Of a stretch of 64,000 nt of DNA, positions 22,664-32,858 are shown piece after piece. Every line of letters begins with the position of its first letter. The first letter of the stretch is position 1. Source of the DNA: an uncultured Acidimicrobiales bacterium (GTDB lineage: Bacteria > Actinomycetota > Acidimicrobiia > Acidimicrobiales > DATKAS01); assembly GCA_963726495.1 (NCBI GenBank), contig CAVSCP010000007.1, positions 81,847 through 145,846 on the forward strand, read 5' to 3'. The notes under the pieces were generated by a model. That model did no database searches and was not told the origin of the DNA. It saw only the letters and a list, made by a program, of their open reading frames with translations. The position numbers and the translations under genes were made by a program.

Positions 22664-23589
22664 GGCCGTAGTCCCGCGGTCAGCTCGGCCACGATCTCCG
22701 CTGCTGGCATCCGGCCCTGCACGGCGTCGACGCCGGTGCCGGCGTAGAGCGCCATCGCGGCGATGGCACCCGTCATCGCGTCGGTCGGCGGTGCCGTGCC
22801 GAGACGAGGCAACGCTGTCTTGACGCCGCTGGCGTCCGTCACCGTCGCGACTGGGTCTGGAGCGTCGAGCGCGGCGGTCGACCGAGGACGCGAGCACTCG
22901 GTGCGGCGCGTTGGGCCAGCCGGCCGAGAAGGTCTCGGTGACGACTGTGTCCGCCGCGGTTGCCGCGCTCAGGAGGTCGATGTACAGCGGGTGCGCGGCG
23001 GACTCGGTCGCCGCGACGAATCGGGTGCCGACTCGCACCGCGTCGGCTCCGAGAGACAAGGCGCGCTCTACATCGGCGCGCGTGCCGATGCCGCCGGCGG
23101 CGACGACGGGCACGTCGACCGCGTCCCGCACGGCGGGCACGAGCTCGAGCCAGCGGCATCGTGCCGCGCACATGCCCGCCCGCCTCGACGCCTTGTGCGA
23201 TGACGTACCGACACCCGGCGTCGACGGCAGCTCTCGCCTCATCAACAGAGCCGATCTGCCACCCGACGATGGACCCGGGTCGCACCAGAGCGGCGTCAGG
23301 CCACCCCCAGAAGAGCTCGACGACGGGGACGCGCTCGACCACACACTCCAGCAGCTCGGTCTGGAGGAATTCGACGATCAGCGTCACGCCGACAGGAAGC
23401 TTCGTATGCGACTGAAACCGCATCGAGGTCCCGCGTCGCGGCCACGGGCGAATGCCGACTGAGCGCCAACATGCCGAGCCCTCCAGCCTCGGACACGGCG
23501 GCAGCAAGCGCGGGCGTCGCGACGCGCCCCATCCCCGCTTGCTGCAACGGCAGACGGCAGCCGACGAGCGTGCAGAAGCGGTTGCTCAC
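22660..23589 (-). pseudogene. nitronate monooxygenase (NMO/2-nitropropane dioxygenase) family, at least 3 frame switches
   Basis: LQQAGMGRVATPALAAAVSEAGGLGML, VIAQGVEAGGH and VVAAGGIG. The GTG start overlaps the upstream stop (GTGA). Confidence 0.7.
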
Positions 23590-24594
23590 GTGTCTCCCCT
23601 CTCGATCCGGTGGTAGTAGGCGTGCCACTCCACGAGCTGGTCACCGCGCAGCGTCCACACCTCGGCCGCGCGGGCGGCGCGCAGCGACCCGTCGGTCGCG
23701 CGGTAGCGCGACTGCCATTCGACGGCGATGGTGTCTCCGTGAGCAGCGCGCAGCGTCTTCGTCAGCTCGTAGTCGCGGCGAGAGACCTCGCCGAAGCCCA
23801 ATCGCTCGACGTGGAACCGGCGCACCTCGTCGAGGCCGCTCGCCACCCTCTCGCCGTCCCAGTAGACGATCGCGTCGGGGTGGAAGAGGCGCATGATCGC
23901 GTCGAGGTCCTGCGCGCCGTATGCCTCCTCGGCCATGCGGACGAGTCGCCGCGCTCGCGACTCGGGCACGAGTCCCAGCAGCTCACTCGCGAGCTCGACG
24001 GCGGGTCGCACGTCCATCGGATCGACATGGATGCCGAACATGCCGACCGCGCGAGCGCCTTCCACGCACTCGGGTGTGTCGTCCAGGAAGACGACGACGC
24101 TCGGATCGACGCCCATCGCCTTGGCGGCGGCGAGATAGGGCTCGGGTGCGGGCTTGCGCACGCCGACGTCCGTCGAGTCGACGAAGGCGTCGAGATCGCG
24201 GAACTCGGGCCTGCTCTCGAAGTACTCGGGACCGTTCACCGAGTAGGCATCGTTCGAGAGGACACCGACGCGCTTTCCCGCACGCTTCGCGGCGCTGCAT
24301 GAGCGCGACTGATTCCTGCACGACGAGGGTGTCGGGCACGACGCCGGAGACCTCCCGGTAGAAGGCACGCCAGTCGTCGAATCCGGCACGCCGGGCGACG
24401 ATGTCCCAGTAGTCGTAGAACCCGATCTCTCCGGCGAGTCGCTGTTGCCACAGCGGGTCGTTGTCGGGGTCGTACGGGCCGCGCTCGGGGACGACGATGC
24501 CGGTCGCGGCTTCGAAGGCGTCGAGCCCGCGCCAGATCGAGCTCATGATGACGTCGCCGATGTCGAGCAGCAGCGCCTCGTACGTCGGCGTCAC
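23586..24594 (-). pseudogene. HAD-family hydrolase fused to a SnoaL/NTF2-like domain, one frame switch
   Basis: HAD-like LLLDIGDVI, VGVLSND, VRKPAPEPY and VFLDDTPE. The C-terminal ~120 aa (IVYWDGERV...VEWHAYY) looks NTF2-like. Confidence 0.55.
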
Positions 24595-25379
24595 GGTGCG
24601 CAGAAGCGCGCCACGGCCTCGCGTGCGTCCTTCGACTCGTCGAGCACGAGGTGCCCCGCGTTCGGGAACGTCTCGACCCGCGCGTTCGGAAGCTTCGCTG
24701 CCCAGCCGGGTGCGAGCGCGGGCGGCACGAGCCTGTCTTCGTCTCCCCACACGATGAGCGTCGGGATGTCGACCGCGGCCGAGCCACTTCGCGAGCACCC
24801 GGTCGTACGGCTGCTCCCAGGTGATGATCGCCGTCGTGCGCGTCTCGCGGTAGCGGTCGACGGTGAAGTCGACGTCGTGCGGATCCTCGGGCAGGAACGG
24901 GAGGATCGTGTTCATGTCGTGGACGAGCCGCGGCGCGAGCTCTTCGGGCGGGATCGTGAAGAAGTCCTGCACCTCGACGCCGGGGACGCGGAGCCCGGCC
25001 GGCGCGACGAGCACGAGGCGACGCAAGCGGTGCTTCTGGTCGATCGCGAACCGCGCGCCGATGCGTCCGCCGAGCGAGAACCCGACGAGGTTCACGCCCT
25101 CGTGCAAGCCGAGCTGGTCGAAGAGCTCGACGTAGTGGAGGACGACGTCGCCGATGTCGCGCAGGCCCTCCATGTCGGCCGACTCGCCGAAGCCCGGGGT
25201 GGTACGGGATGAGGACGCGGAACGAGGAGGTCCACGGCTCGGCAAACGCCCATCCGTGGAACGTGCCTCCGCCGTGGAAGAAGACGAGCGGCGGCGCGTC
25301 GGGGTTGCCGGCAGCGAGCACGACGGTCTCGGTGCCCTTGCACGTCGAACGTGAGCTTGTCGAAGGTCACGGTGCTCAC
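24591..25379 (-). pseudogene. alpha/beta-fold hydrolase, frame switches
   Basis: PLVFFHGGG, nucleophile elbow GFSLGG, and C-terminal NAGHLVLDE. GTGA overlaps at both ends. Confidence 0.7.
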
Positions 25380-26533
25380 GCTGCGGCCACCTTCTTCGTG
25401 CGCAGGCGGGGGATGACCTCTTCGGCGAACAGCGTCGTGTTCTTCACGACCTTCCAGTTCGGCATGTCGCCGATCGTGAGGTTCAGGTTCACTCGGTTCG
25501 TGCCCGCGGCCTCGATCCAGCCGCCCACCGCGTCGGCCACCTGCTCGGGCGTGCCCGCCACGATGCGGTTGATCGCGACGAGGTCGTCCCAGTTGGCCGA
25601 CCCGTGCACGTCGGGTGCCTGCACGCGCTTGCGGAACTCGGGCACCGTCACGTAGCCGGGGGGCACGAGGTAGCGCGGCGTGGTGCGCAGGGCGTCCTCG
25701 AAGAAGTACATGAGGTGCGGCATGAACTCCGCGCTGCGCGAGCTCTTCGTTCTCGGCGACGTAGGCGAAGATCCCGATCGTCACCTTGTCGGGCGTCACG
25801 TCGTGGCCGTGCGCCGCGAGCCGCTCGCGGTACTGGTCGAACACCCGCAGCTGCACCTCGGTCGGGATGAACACGACCGAGTAGCCGAAGCCGAGCTCGG
25901 CGGCGAGCTCGATCGTCTCGGGTGAGCCGGTGCCGACGATGTAGCACTCGGGATAGGGCTGCTGCACCGGCTTCGGCCACGGGTTCAGGTACCGGTAGCT
26001 GTAGAAGTCGCCCGCGTAGCTCTGCGGCCCGTCGTCGGTCCAGCACTTGCAGGATGATGTCGAGCGACTCGCGGAAGCGGGCGCGCGCCGTCGCGGGGTT
26101 CACCGCGTTCGCCCAGTACTCCATGCCCGTGCCGAGCGGGAACGCGACGCGCAGCCGCCCGCCCGACATGACGTCGAGCATGGCGTACTCCTCGGCGAGC
26201 CGGTTCGGGTACTCGAAGTTCGGGGGAGTGCCGAACACGCTGACCCAGCCCTTCGTCTGGGGGATGAGCGCCGCAGCCGTGAGGTTCGGCGCCGGGTTCA
26301 TCGTGTACTGCGTGTTGTGGTGCTCGTTGAGCACGATGCCGTCGTAGCCGAGCTTGTCGGCCAGCACCATCTCGTCGAGGTACCGGTTGTAGAGCTCGCT
26401 GACCGAGCTTCGGGTCGTAGTTGCTGTTCGGGAAGTCGACCCAGAGCGACGCGCGCTCTTTGTGGTTCGCGGGCAGGTTCGTGTACGGGAAGAAGTGGAA
26501 GTAGTGGAACTCAGTCTCGTCGACGAGACCCAT
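25376..26533 (-). pseudogene. LLM-class flavin-dependent (luciferase-like) monooxygenase, at least 3 frame switches
   Basis: FHFFPYTNLP, GIVLNEHHNT, GRLRVAFPLG and C-terminal NLNLTIGDMP. Paralogous to 27290-28498. Confidence 0.75.
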
Positions 26534-26566
26534 GACACCCCCGGTGCGGTCGTGGACGGATGTGGT

Positions 26567-27290
26567 CTACTGCGCGTCGCGGAGGAACGCCACGACGCGG
26601 GCACCGACCTCGTCGGGCGCGTCCCACTCGAGCAGATGCCCGGCGCCGTCGATCACCTCGGCGGGGACGCCGCCCTCGGCCCAACGCGCGGACACGCCGG
26701 GCGGCAGCAGCTCGTCCTGCTCGCCCCACAGCGACAGCCGCGGGCAGCGGATGCGGTGCAGGCGTGAGGCCTGGCCGCGATCGCCGAGCGGCCACAGCAG
26801 GTTCGCTGCCGCGACGTCGCTCAGGTAGCGCGCGACGGGACCGTCGTCCGGGCCGAGCTCGCTGAACCGATCGACGAACGGCTCGGGCACGCCCTTCGCG
26901 AACAGATGCTCCATGCGATCGGGCGTCGGCACGGCGTAGAGGTCGATGCCTTGGTTCGCGTCGTCGAAGATGCCGAAGGGGGCGAGCAGCGCGAGCGCGC
27001 TGACGGCCTCGGGGCGATACGCGGCGAGGTCGACGGCGAGCATGCCGCCGACCGACGCGCCGACGACCGGGCACGGAAGCCGCACTGCCGCTCGCGTCGA
27101 TCGCGTCCCACAGGACCGTGAGCCAGCCGAGGTAGTCGTCGGGTGCGACGAAGTCCCAGCTCGCGTCGAAGCCCTTGATGCGAGGGACGACGACGTTGAA
27201 CCCTGCGGCTTCGAGCTGTCCGAGCAACGGGGAGGGGGCGGGATGGCCCGCGATGCCGAACAGGTAGAGGAGGTCGCGCTCGCCCGCCAT
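26567..27290 (-). pseudogene. alpha/beta-fold hydrolase, one frame switch
   Basis: LYLFGIAGHP, nucleophile elbow GASVGG, and C-terminal GAGHLLEWD. Confidence 0.65.
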
Positions 27291-28498
27291 CAGACGGCCG
27301 TCGCGTTCGCGGGCCACCATGGGTCGTCCACGTCGGCGAAGATCGTGCGCAGTGCAGGCGCGACCTTGTCGCCGAAGAGCTTGGTGTTGTAGCGAGTGAG
27401 CTCGTCGCTCATGTTCCCGAAGTGCAGCGCGGTGAGCAGGTGCCCGCAGTTGAACGTCTTCGCGACCTCTTCGAGGGTCTCGCGCACCGTGTCGGGGCTC
27501 CCGATCACGACGTAGCCCTTCTCGACCATCTCGTCCCACGTGAGGTCGTGCTTCTGCTGCTTCGTGCGTGCGATCTGGCGCACCGCGGACTTGTACCTCG
27601 CTCGCACCGATGCCTCGGTCACGTAGCCGGGCGGGTCGGCGTAGCCGGCGTAGACGTGCAGCGACCGGTTGAAGAAGTACTCGGCCGGCTCCTTGTAGAG
27701 CTTGTAGGCCTCGGCGTCGGTGTCGCCCACGCCGATGAACTGCACGAAGGCGAGTCGGTGCGGGTTCGGGTCCTTGCCGTTCGCCTCGACGCTGCGCCAG
27801 TAGTTCCCGACGTTCTCCTGCGCGAGCAGGTGGCCGTAGTACGACAACGCGCCGTACACGTAGTCGTTCCTCGCGCAGAAGTCGTACGTCTCGACCGAGC
27901 CGCCGCCGGGGATCCAGATCGGCGGGTGCGGCTTCTGCAGCGGCCGCGGGATCGCGTTCACGGTGCGCATCTGCGTGAACCGTCCGTTGAACGCGAACGG
28001 CTCGGGCTCTGTCCACGCCCGCGTGATGAGGTCGATCGCCTCGGCGTACTTGGCGCGCAGCGTGCCCGGGTTCGCGCTGTAGGCGTAGGCCGTGTCCATC
28101 GACGTGCCCACCGGAAAGCCTGCGATCAGCCGGCCGCGCGACATGAGGTCGATCACCGCCATCTCCTCGGCGACGCGCACCGGCGGGTTGTACAGCGCCA
28201 CCGAGTTGCCGAGGATCGTGATCGCGGCGCGCGACGTGCGTGAGGCGAGGACCGAAGCGAAGAGGTTCGGCGACGGCATCAGCCCGTAGCCGTTGGCATG
28301 GTGCTCGTTGATGCCGATGCCGTCGAACCCGCACTCCTCGGCGTACACGAGCTGGTCGATGTACTCGTCGTAGGCCTCCGCGATCACTTCCGGATCGAAC
28401 AGGGCGGGATCGATGTCGACCCAGACGCTGCGGTGGTTCTTGTTGAACTCCTCCGGCAGCTTCGGGTACGGCATGAGGTGGAACCACAAGAGCTTCAC
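27290..28498 (-). CDS. LLM-class flavin-dependent (luciferase-like) monooxygenase
   Basis: Intact. The likely GTG start at 28498 gives VKLLWFHLMPYP. Also contains GIGINEHHANG and GRLIAGFPVG. Confidence 0.8.
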   Translation of the reverse strand: MKLLWFHLMPYPKLPEEFNKNHRSVWVDIDPALFDPEVIAEAYDEYIDQLVYAEECGFDGIGINEHHANGYGLMPSPNLFASVLASRTSRAAITILGNSVALYNPPVRVAEEMAVIDLMSRGRLIAGFPVGTSMDTAYAYSANPGTLRAKYAEAIDLITRAWTEPEPFAFNGRFTQMRTVNAIPRPLQKPHPPIWIPGGGSVETYDFCARNDYVYGALSYYGHLLAQENVGNYWRSVEANGKDPNPHRLAFVQFIGVGDTDAEAYKLYKEPAEYFFNRSLHVYAGYADPPGYVTEASVRARYKSAVRQIARTKQQKHDLTWDEMVEKGYVVIGSPDTVRETLEEVAKTFNCGHLLTALHFGNMSDELTRYNTKLFGDKVAPALRTIFADVDDPWWPANATAV

Positions 28499-28556
28499 GT
28501 GCCCCACCGTGCCGGGTCGGGCGTCGAAAAGTCCACGACCGACTCGGACACGGATC

Positions 28557-29489
28557 ATGTCTGAACCGATAACGTTCGCGGTGATGCCCAAGGCCGACGT
28601 CCGGCACCTGCGCTACTTCGTGGCGGTGGCCGAAGAGCGCCACTTCGGGCGGGCGGCCGCTCGGCTCCACGTCACGACGCCGCCGCTCTCGCAGCGCATC
28701 CGCGAGCTCGAGGAAGACCTCGGCGTGCGGCTCTTCGAGCGGACGAGTCGTCGCGTCGAGCTCACTCCGGCGGGCGAGCGGCTCCTCGTCGAGGCGCGCG
28801 ACGTGCTGCGCGCGATGGAGCGGTTCGACGCCGTCGGCGCCGAGCTCGCGACCGCGGCCACGGCCCCGCTGCGAGTCGGCTACTGCCACGGCAGCGAGGG
28901 TGGCGTCATGCGGGCCATCGGCGCGCTGCTCGCCGAGCAGCCCGAGGCGGCGGTGCGCCCGGACGGCCTCACCTCGCTCACGATCCTCGACGGTCTCCGC
29001 TCCGGCACGCTCGCCGTCGGCATCGTGCGGGCGCCCGTCGGTGAGCCCGAGCGCATCGCGTCGGTGCCTCTCGCTCGAGTCCCGGTCGACCATGTGGCGG
29101 TGCCCGCCGGCCACCGGCTGGCGGCCTCCTCGTTCGTCGACGTGCGCGACCTCGACGGCGAGCCCGTGTTCGTCGTGGACCGGCTCGACGCCCCGACCGC
29201 CCACGACGAGATCGAGACCTACTGCACGACGCACGGGTCGCGGCCCGTCTGGGTGAACCATGCGGCGGTGCAAGTCGAGCGTGTGCTCGACATGGTCGCC
29301 GTCGGCTCCGGCATCGGCTGGCTGAACTCCTGGCAGGCCGCGCGTGAGGACATCCGGCGCGAGGTCGCCGTCAAGCCTCTGCGCCCGATTGCCCTCTACG
29401 ACGAGTTCCGAGTCGCGTGGAGGGTCGGCGACACAGCGCCGTCGACCTCCACCTTCGTGCGCGTCATGCTCGAGACCTGTGGCTCCTGA
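28557..29489 (+). CDS. LysR family transcriptional regulator
   Basis: Intact. The HTH reads LRYFVAVAEERHFGRAAARLHVTTPPLSQRIRELE. Divergent from the LLM operon. An alternative ATG lies at 28584. Confidence 0.85.
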   Translation: MSEPITFAVMPKADVRHLRYFVAVAEERHFGRAAARLHVTTPPLSQRIRELEEDLGVRLFERTSRRVELTPAGERLLVEARDVLRAMERFDAVGAELATAATAPLRVGYCHGSEGGVMRAIGALLAEQPEAAVRPDGLTSLTILDGLRSGTLAVGIVRAPVGEPERIASVPLARVPVDHVAVPAGHRLAASSFVDVRDLDGEPVFVVDRLDAPTAHDEIETYCTTHGSRPVWVNHAAVQVERVLDMVAVGSGIGWLNSWQAAREDIRREVAVKPLRPIALYDEFRVAWRVGDTAPSTSTFVRVMLETCGS

Positions 29490-30030
29490 GTACGGGCTCG
29501 GTCGCGGGAAGGTCTTCCCCGCGGAGAAGGCGAGCTCGCTGCTCAACCCGTTGCGACGGCTCGTCCAATCGCCCGATCGCACCGTCGCCCGCATGAAGCT
29601 GCAGGAGGACGCGCGCGTCCTCGAGGTGGGATGCGGACCGGGCTTCTTCAGTCCCTCGATCGCTCGAGCCGTGCCGCACGGGAAGCTCGCGGTGCTCGAC
29701 CTCCAGATCGAGATGCTGCGGCTGGTCGGTGAGCGGGCCGACGCGGCTCGAGTGCAGGCCGACGCGTCGAAGCTGCCGTTCGCCTCCGGTTCGTTCGACG
29801 CGGTGTTCGTGAGCGCGATGCTCGGCGAGGTGCCCGATCGCGAGGGCTGCATCGCCGAGGTCAGGCGAGTGCTTCGCACGGGTGGCCATGCGACGTTCGC
29901 GGAGACGCGTCGCGACAGCGACTTCATCTCGCTCGAGGCGCTGCGCGGCCAGCTCGCGCCGCACGGGCTGAGGCTTGCGGACCGGTCGGGCATCGGATGG
30001 CAGTACGTCGCGAGGTTCCGCGCCGACTGA
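29479..30030 (+). CDS. class I SAM-dependent methyltransferase
   Basis: Motif I VLEVGCGPGFF. The start is uncertain: GTG 29479 overlaps the lysR stop, and the next ATG is at 29593. Confidence 0.6.
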   Translation: MAPEYGLGRGKVFPAEKASSLLNPLRRLVQSPDRTVARMKLQEDARVLEVGCGPGFFSPSIARAVPHGKLAVLDLQIEMLRLVGERADAARVQADASKLPFASGSFDAVFVSAMLGEVPDREGCIAEVRRVLRTGGHATFAETRRDSDFISLEALRGQLAPHGLRLADRSGIGWQYVARFRAD

Positions 30031-30275
30031 CGGGGTGGCCCATGTCACCGATGACATCGGTGGTTCGGCGCCACGATGGGGCCAACACATCGGGGGAGTG
30101 GATCAGACGTCCTCAACTGGAGGTTTCCCGATGTCAGCCGAGTCACCCTGGCCGTTCGAGCCGTGGGGAACGCGCGAAGACCGCTTCTCGCCGACCCTGT
30201 TCCGAGGTCCCGAGCTCCCGAGGTTTCCGCGCCGTCGCCGCTCGCGCCGCCGGTTCTTCCGGCGAGGCCGCTAGC

Positions 30276-31387
30276 TCAGCCCCACACCTCGTTCGCCACG
30301 TCCACGATGAGCCGCAGCTTGGCGACCTCGTCGTCGTAGGTGAGCACGTTGCCCTCGACGGTCGAAGAGAAGCCGCATTGCGGCGAGAGGCAGAGCTGAT
30401 CGAGAGGCACGAACTTCGCGGCCTCGTCGATGCGCCGCTTGAGGTCGTCTTTGCTCTCGAGCTCGGGCCGCTTCGACGTCACCAGGCCGAGCACGACCAT
30501 CTTGCCCTTGGGCACGAACCGCAGCGGCTCGAAGCCGCCCGAGCGCGCGATCGTCGTACTCGAGGAAGAAGCCGTCGACCGCGAGGTCGTTGAAGAGCGC
30601 CTCGGCGACGAAGTCGTAGCTGCCCTCGGCCGCCCACGACGAGCGGAAGTTGCCGCGGCACATGTGGGTCGTGACCCGCATCGTCGCTGGCCGACCGGCG
30701 AGCGACGCGTTGATCTGCTTGATGTAGCGGAGGTGCTGGTGCTCGGCGTCGTCACCGCGTGCGTCGAGCTTCGCCCTCTCGGCAGGGTCGTTGAGGTAGG
30801 CGAGGCTCGTGTCGTCGAACTGCAGGTAGGTGCACCCGAGCTCGGCGAGGCCGGCGATCTCCTTCGCGTACGCCGCGCTCGAGGTCGTCCCAGAAGTCGT
30901 CCATCGTCGGGTACACCGACTTGTCGATCGCCGCGGGCCCGCCCCGGTAGTGCACCATGCTCGGCGACGGCACGGTCAGCTTCGGGGTGAGGCTCGTCGC
31001 GTTCTTCAAGAACGTGAAGTCGTCGGCGAAGATCGTCTTCGGCAGCCCGAGCTTGCCGATCTTGAGCGCGGCTGTCTCGAACGCGATCTCCTCGGTGTCG
31101 TTGCGCATCTCGATGCGCAACGTCTCGTCGGACTTGCCGACGCCACCGAGCTGGTAGATGAAGTCCATGTGCCAGGAGCCGCGGCGGAACTCACCATCGG
31201 TCGCGGCCTGGAGCCCGACGTCCTCCTGCATCTTCACCACGTCGCGGATCGCATCGTCCTCGATCGCGCGCAGCGCTTCGGCCGTGATCCGCCCCGCGGC
31301 AGCGTCGTCGCGAGCCTTCAGCACTGACTGCGGGCGGAGCAGGCTGCCGACGTGATCGGCTCGGTAGGGCGGAAGCGGTGCGGGCAT
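30276..31387 (-). pseudogene. cobalamin-independent methionine synthase II-like (MetE C-terminal family) protein, at least 2 frame switches
   Basis: YRADHVGSLLRP, DGEFRR, HMCRGN and SPQCGF. Pieces are in ORFs 30752-31387, 30271-30681 and 30276-30755. Confidence 0.7.
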
Positions 31388-31404
31388 GGCCGCACGATAT
31401 GCCG

Positions 31405-31605
31405 TCAGCCCGCGGTGCTCTCCACGAGCCGACGCCAGGGAACGACCATCGCCGACGCGAGGGCGACGAAGGGGAACGCGAGCGAGTCGCCCGAGTGCAC
31501 GCCGTGGGTGCGGGTCAGGAGCAGCACGACCGGGCCGATGCGCGTGACGAACACGATGTAGTAGGCGATCGCCAACGCCAGGGCGGCCACGAGACTCCGA
31601 ATCAC
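31405..31605 (-). CDS. small hydrophobic hypothetical protein
   Basis: 66-aa ORF with two hydrophobic stretches, immediately upstream of the MetE-like gene. I recognise no homology. Confidence 0.3.
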   Translation of the reverse strand: MIRSLVAALALAIAYYIVFVTRIGPVVLLLTRTHGVHSGDSLAFPFVALASAMVVPWRRLVESTAG

Positions 31606-31655
31606 GTCCGCACCTTAGGCCGCTGAGCGAGGAGCGGTCGCGCGGCCCGGAACAG

Positions 31656-31679
31656 TTGCATATTTGGCTGAATGTGCAA
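31656..31679. promoter_or_regulatory. AT-rich inverted repeat, candidate ArsR/SmtB-type operator
   Basis: TTGCATATT-TGGCTG-AATGTGCAA (9-6-9 with one mismatch), directly upstream of the ABM-like and ArsR gene pair. Confidence 0.35.
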
Positions 31680-31689
31680 ATGTACTCTC

Positions 31690-32034
31690 ATGCCGGACAC
31701 AGAGATGATCGACCACACCGTGATCTGTCAGTACCGACCGAGGCGTGACGCCGTCGACGACTTCATGGCGCTCGTCCGCGAGCATCGCCATGTGCTTCGC
31801 GAGCTCGACCTGGTCGCCGACACGCCTGAGGTCGTGTACGTGGGCGAGGACCAAGACGGCAGTGGCCCGCTCATCGTCTCGATCTTCCAGTGGCTCGAAG
31901 CCGAGGGCTCGCGTCGTGCCGCCCAGCACCCGCGGGTCGGTGTGATCTGGGAGCGCATGGAGACCCTGGTCGAACAGCGCGCGATGGGGCCGGGGATGAC
32001 CTTCCCCCACTTCACGACCAAGGAGCTCCTCTGA
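31690..32034 (+). CDS. small dimeric alpha/beta-barrel (ABM-like) protein
   Basis: Intact ORF. Its size and pattern (VICQYRP...FMALVREH...VSIFQWLEAEG) resemble antibiotic-biosynthesis-monooxygenase-like domains. The call is weak. Confidence 0.45.
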   Translation: MPDTEMIDHTVICQYRPRRDAVDDFMALVREHRHVLRELDLVADTPEVVYVGEDQDGSGPLIVSIFQWLEAEGSRRAAQHPRVGVIWERMETLVEQRAMGPGMTFPHFTTKELL

Positions 32035-32333
32035 GCCCACGATCGCGTGGCCTGCGCGAGCTCGACGAGCTCGAGGCCGTGTTCGGGGCGCTGGCCAACG
32101 AGCACCGCAGGCACATCCTCGTCACGCTCCACGCACGCGGGGGAGCGATGACTGCCGGCGAGCTCGCCGATCGCTTCAGTCACTCGTGGTCGACGACGAC
32201 GCGCCACCTGCAGCGGCTCGTGTCGGCAGGTCTCGTCCACGTCGAGCGCAGCGGACGGGAGCGGCGGTACACGCTCGACGCCACGCATCTCCGCACGGTC
32301 ACGTCGCGGTTCCTCACCGTGTTCGAGGCGTGA
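32031..32333 (+). CDS. ArsR/SmtB family transcriptional regulator (start uncertain)
   Basis: FGALANEHRRHILVTL...MTAGELADRFSHSWSTTTRHLQRLVSAGLV is a classic ArsR wHTH. No ATG or GTG lies close to the 5' end. Confidence 0.7.
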   Translation: MSPRSRGLRELDELEAVFGALANEHRRHILVTLHARGGAMTAGELADRFSHSWSTTTRHLQRLVSAGLVHVERSGRERRYTLDATHLRTVTSRFLTVFEA

Positions 32334-32339
32334 CGAGCG

Positions 32340-32704
32340 CTACGCCGCCTCGAACACGACGACCAGCTCCCAGTCGTGGCCCTCGGGCTCTTGGCACGCG
32401 AAGTTGAGCAGGCGGCAGCTCATCATCCCGCCGTGGTACGTGAGCGTGAACGGCCCCGCTTCCATCGCGGCGACGAGATCGACGACGTTCGGTCGGCCAC
32501 CGTGGGTGATGCTGAGCGCGCCGACGCCGCGGTCGCTCATCGCGACGAGCACGCGGTCGGCCTCGACGAGCAGGTGCTCGTTGTCCGCAAAGGTGAGCTC
32601 CGCCGTGCCGGTGAACGACACCGCGCTCAGCCCTTCGACATGCCGTTGGCCTTGAGGGCCTCGTACTGCTTCTCGTTCTTCACATGTGCTGACTTCCCCG
32701 GCAT
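32340..32704 (-). pseudogene. hypothetical protein; the N-terminal 25 aa are in a different frame from the remainder
   Basis: MPGKSAHVKNEKQYEALKANGMSKG then a stop (32627-32704). The following ~95 aa (LSAVSFTGTAELTF...WELVVVFEAA) are in another frame, ending at 32340. Confidence 0.3.
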
Positions 32705-32858
32705 GGGATCTCCTTTCGCTGGTGATCGCGAAGTACCCGTTCAGGCCCGAACGATTCGTGTGAGTGCCCTGTGAGGGGGGCACCCCCGCGTCTGCCACGT
32801 TCGCGCACTCCCGACGGCGTTGACGTATCGTCAGGCGCTCGCCGTCGGGAGGTCGTGC

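Noticed and set aside
28499-28556. LysR box in the lysR/LLM intergenic region (GTCG-N9-CGAC at about 28522-28538).
   Set aside because: The geometry does not match the canonical T-N11-A spacing and the arms are only 4 nt, which is too weak to call.
26511-29993. Very long ORFs such as 26511-29993 (1160 aa), 50078-52345 (755 aa), 17570-19237, 12882-14186, 33291-34586 and 56231-57799.
   Set aside because: Their translations are Arg/Ala/Pro/Gly-rich low-complexity sequence lying antisense to, or out of frame with, genes that have clear family motifs. This is the usual open-frame artefact of high-GC DNA.
30131-30274. 47-aa Arg-rich ORF (MSAESPWPFEPWGTREDRFSPTLFRGPELPRFPRRRRSRRRFFRRGR) with GGAGG 8 nt upstream.
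   Set aside because: The ribosome-binding site is suggestive, but the composition is what GC-rich non-coding DNA yields and I recognise no family. Not called as a gene.
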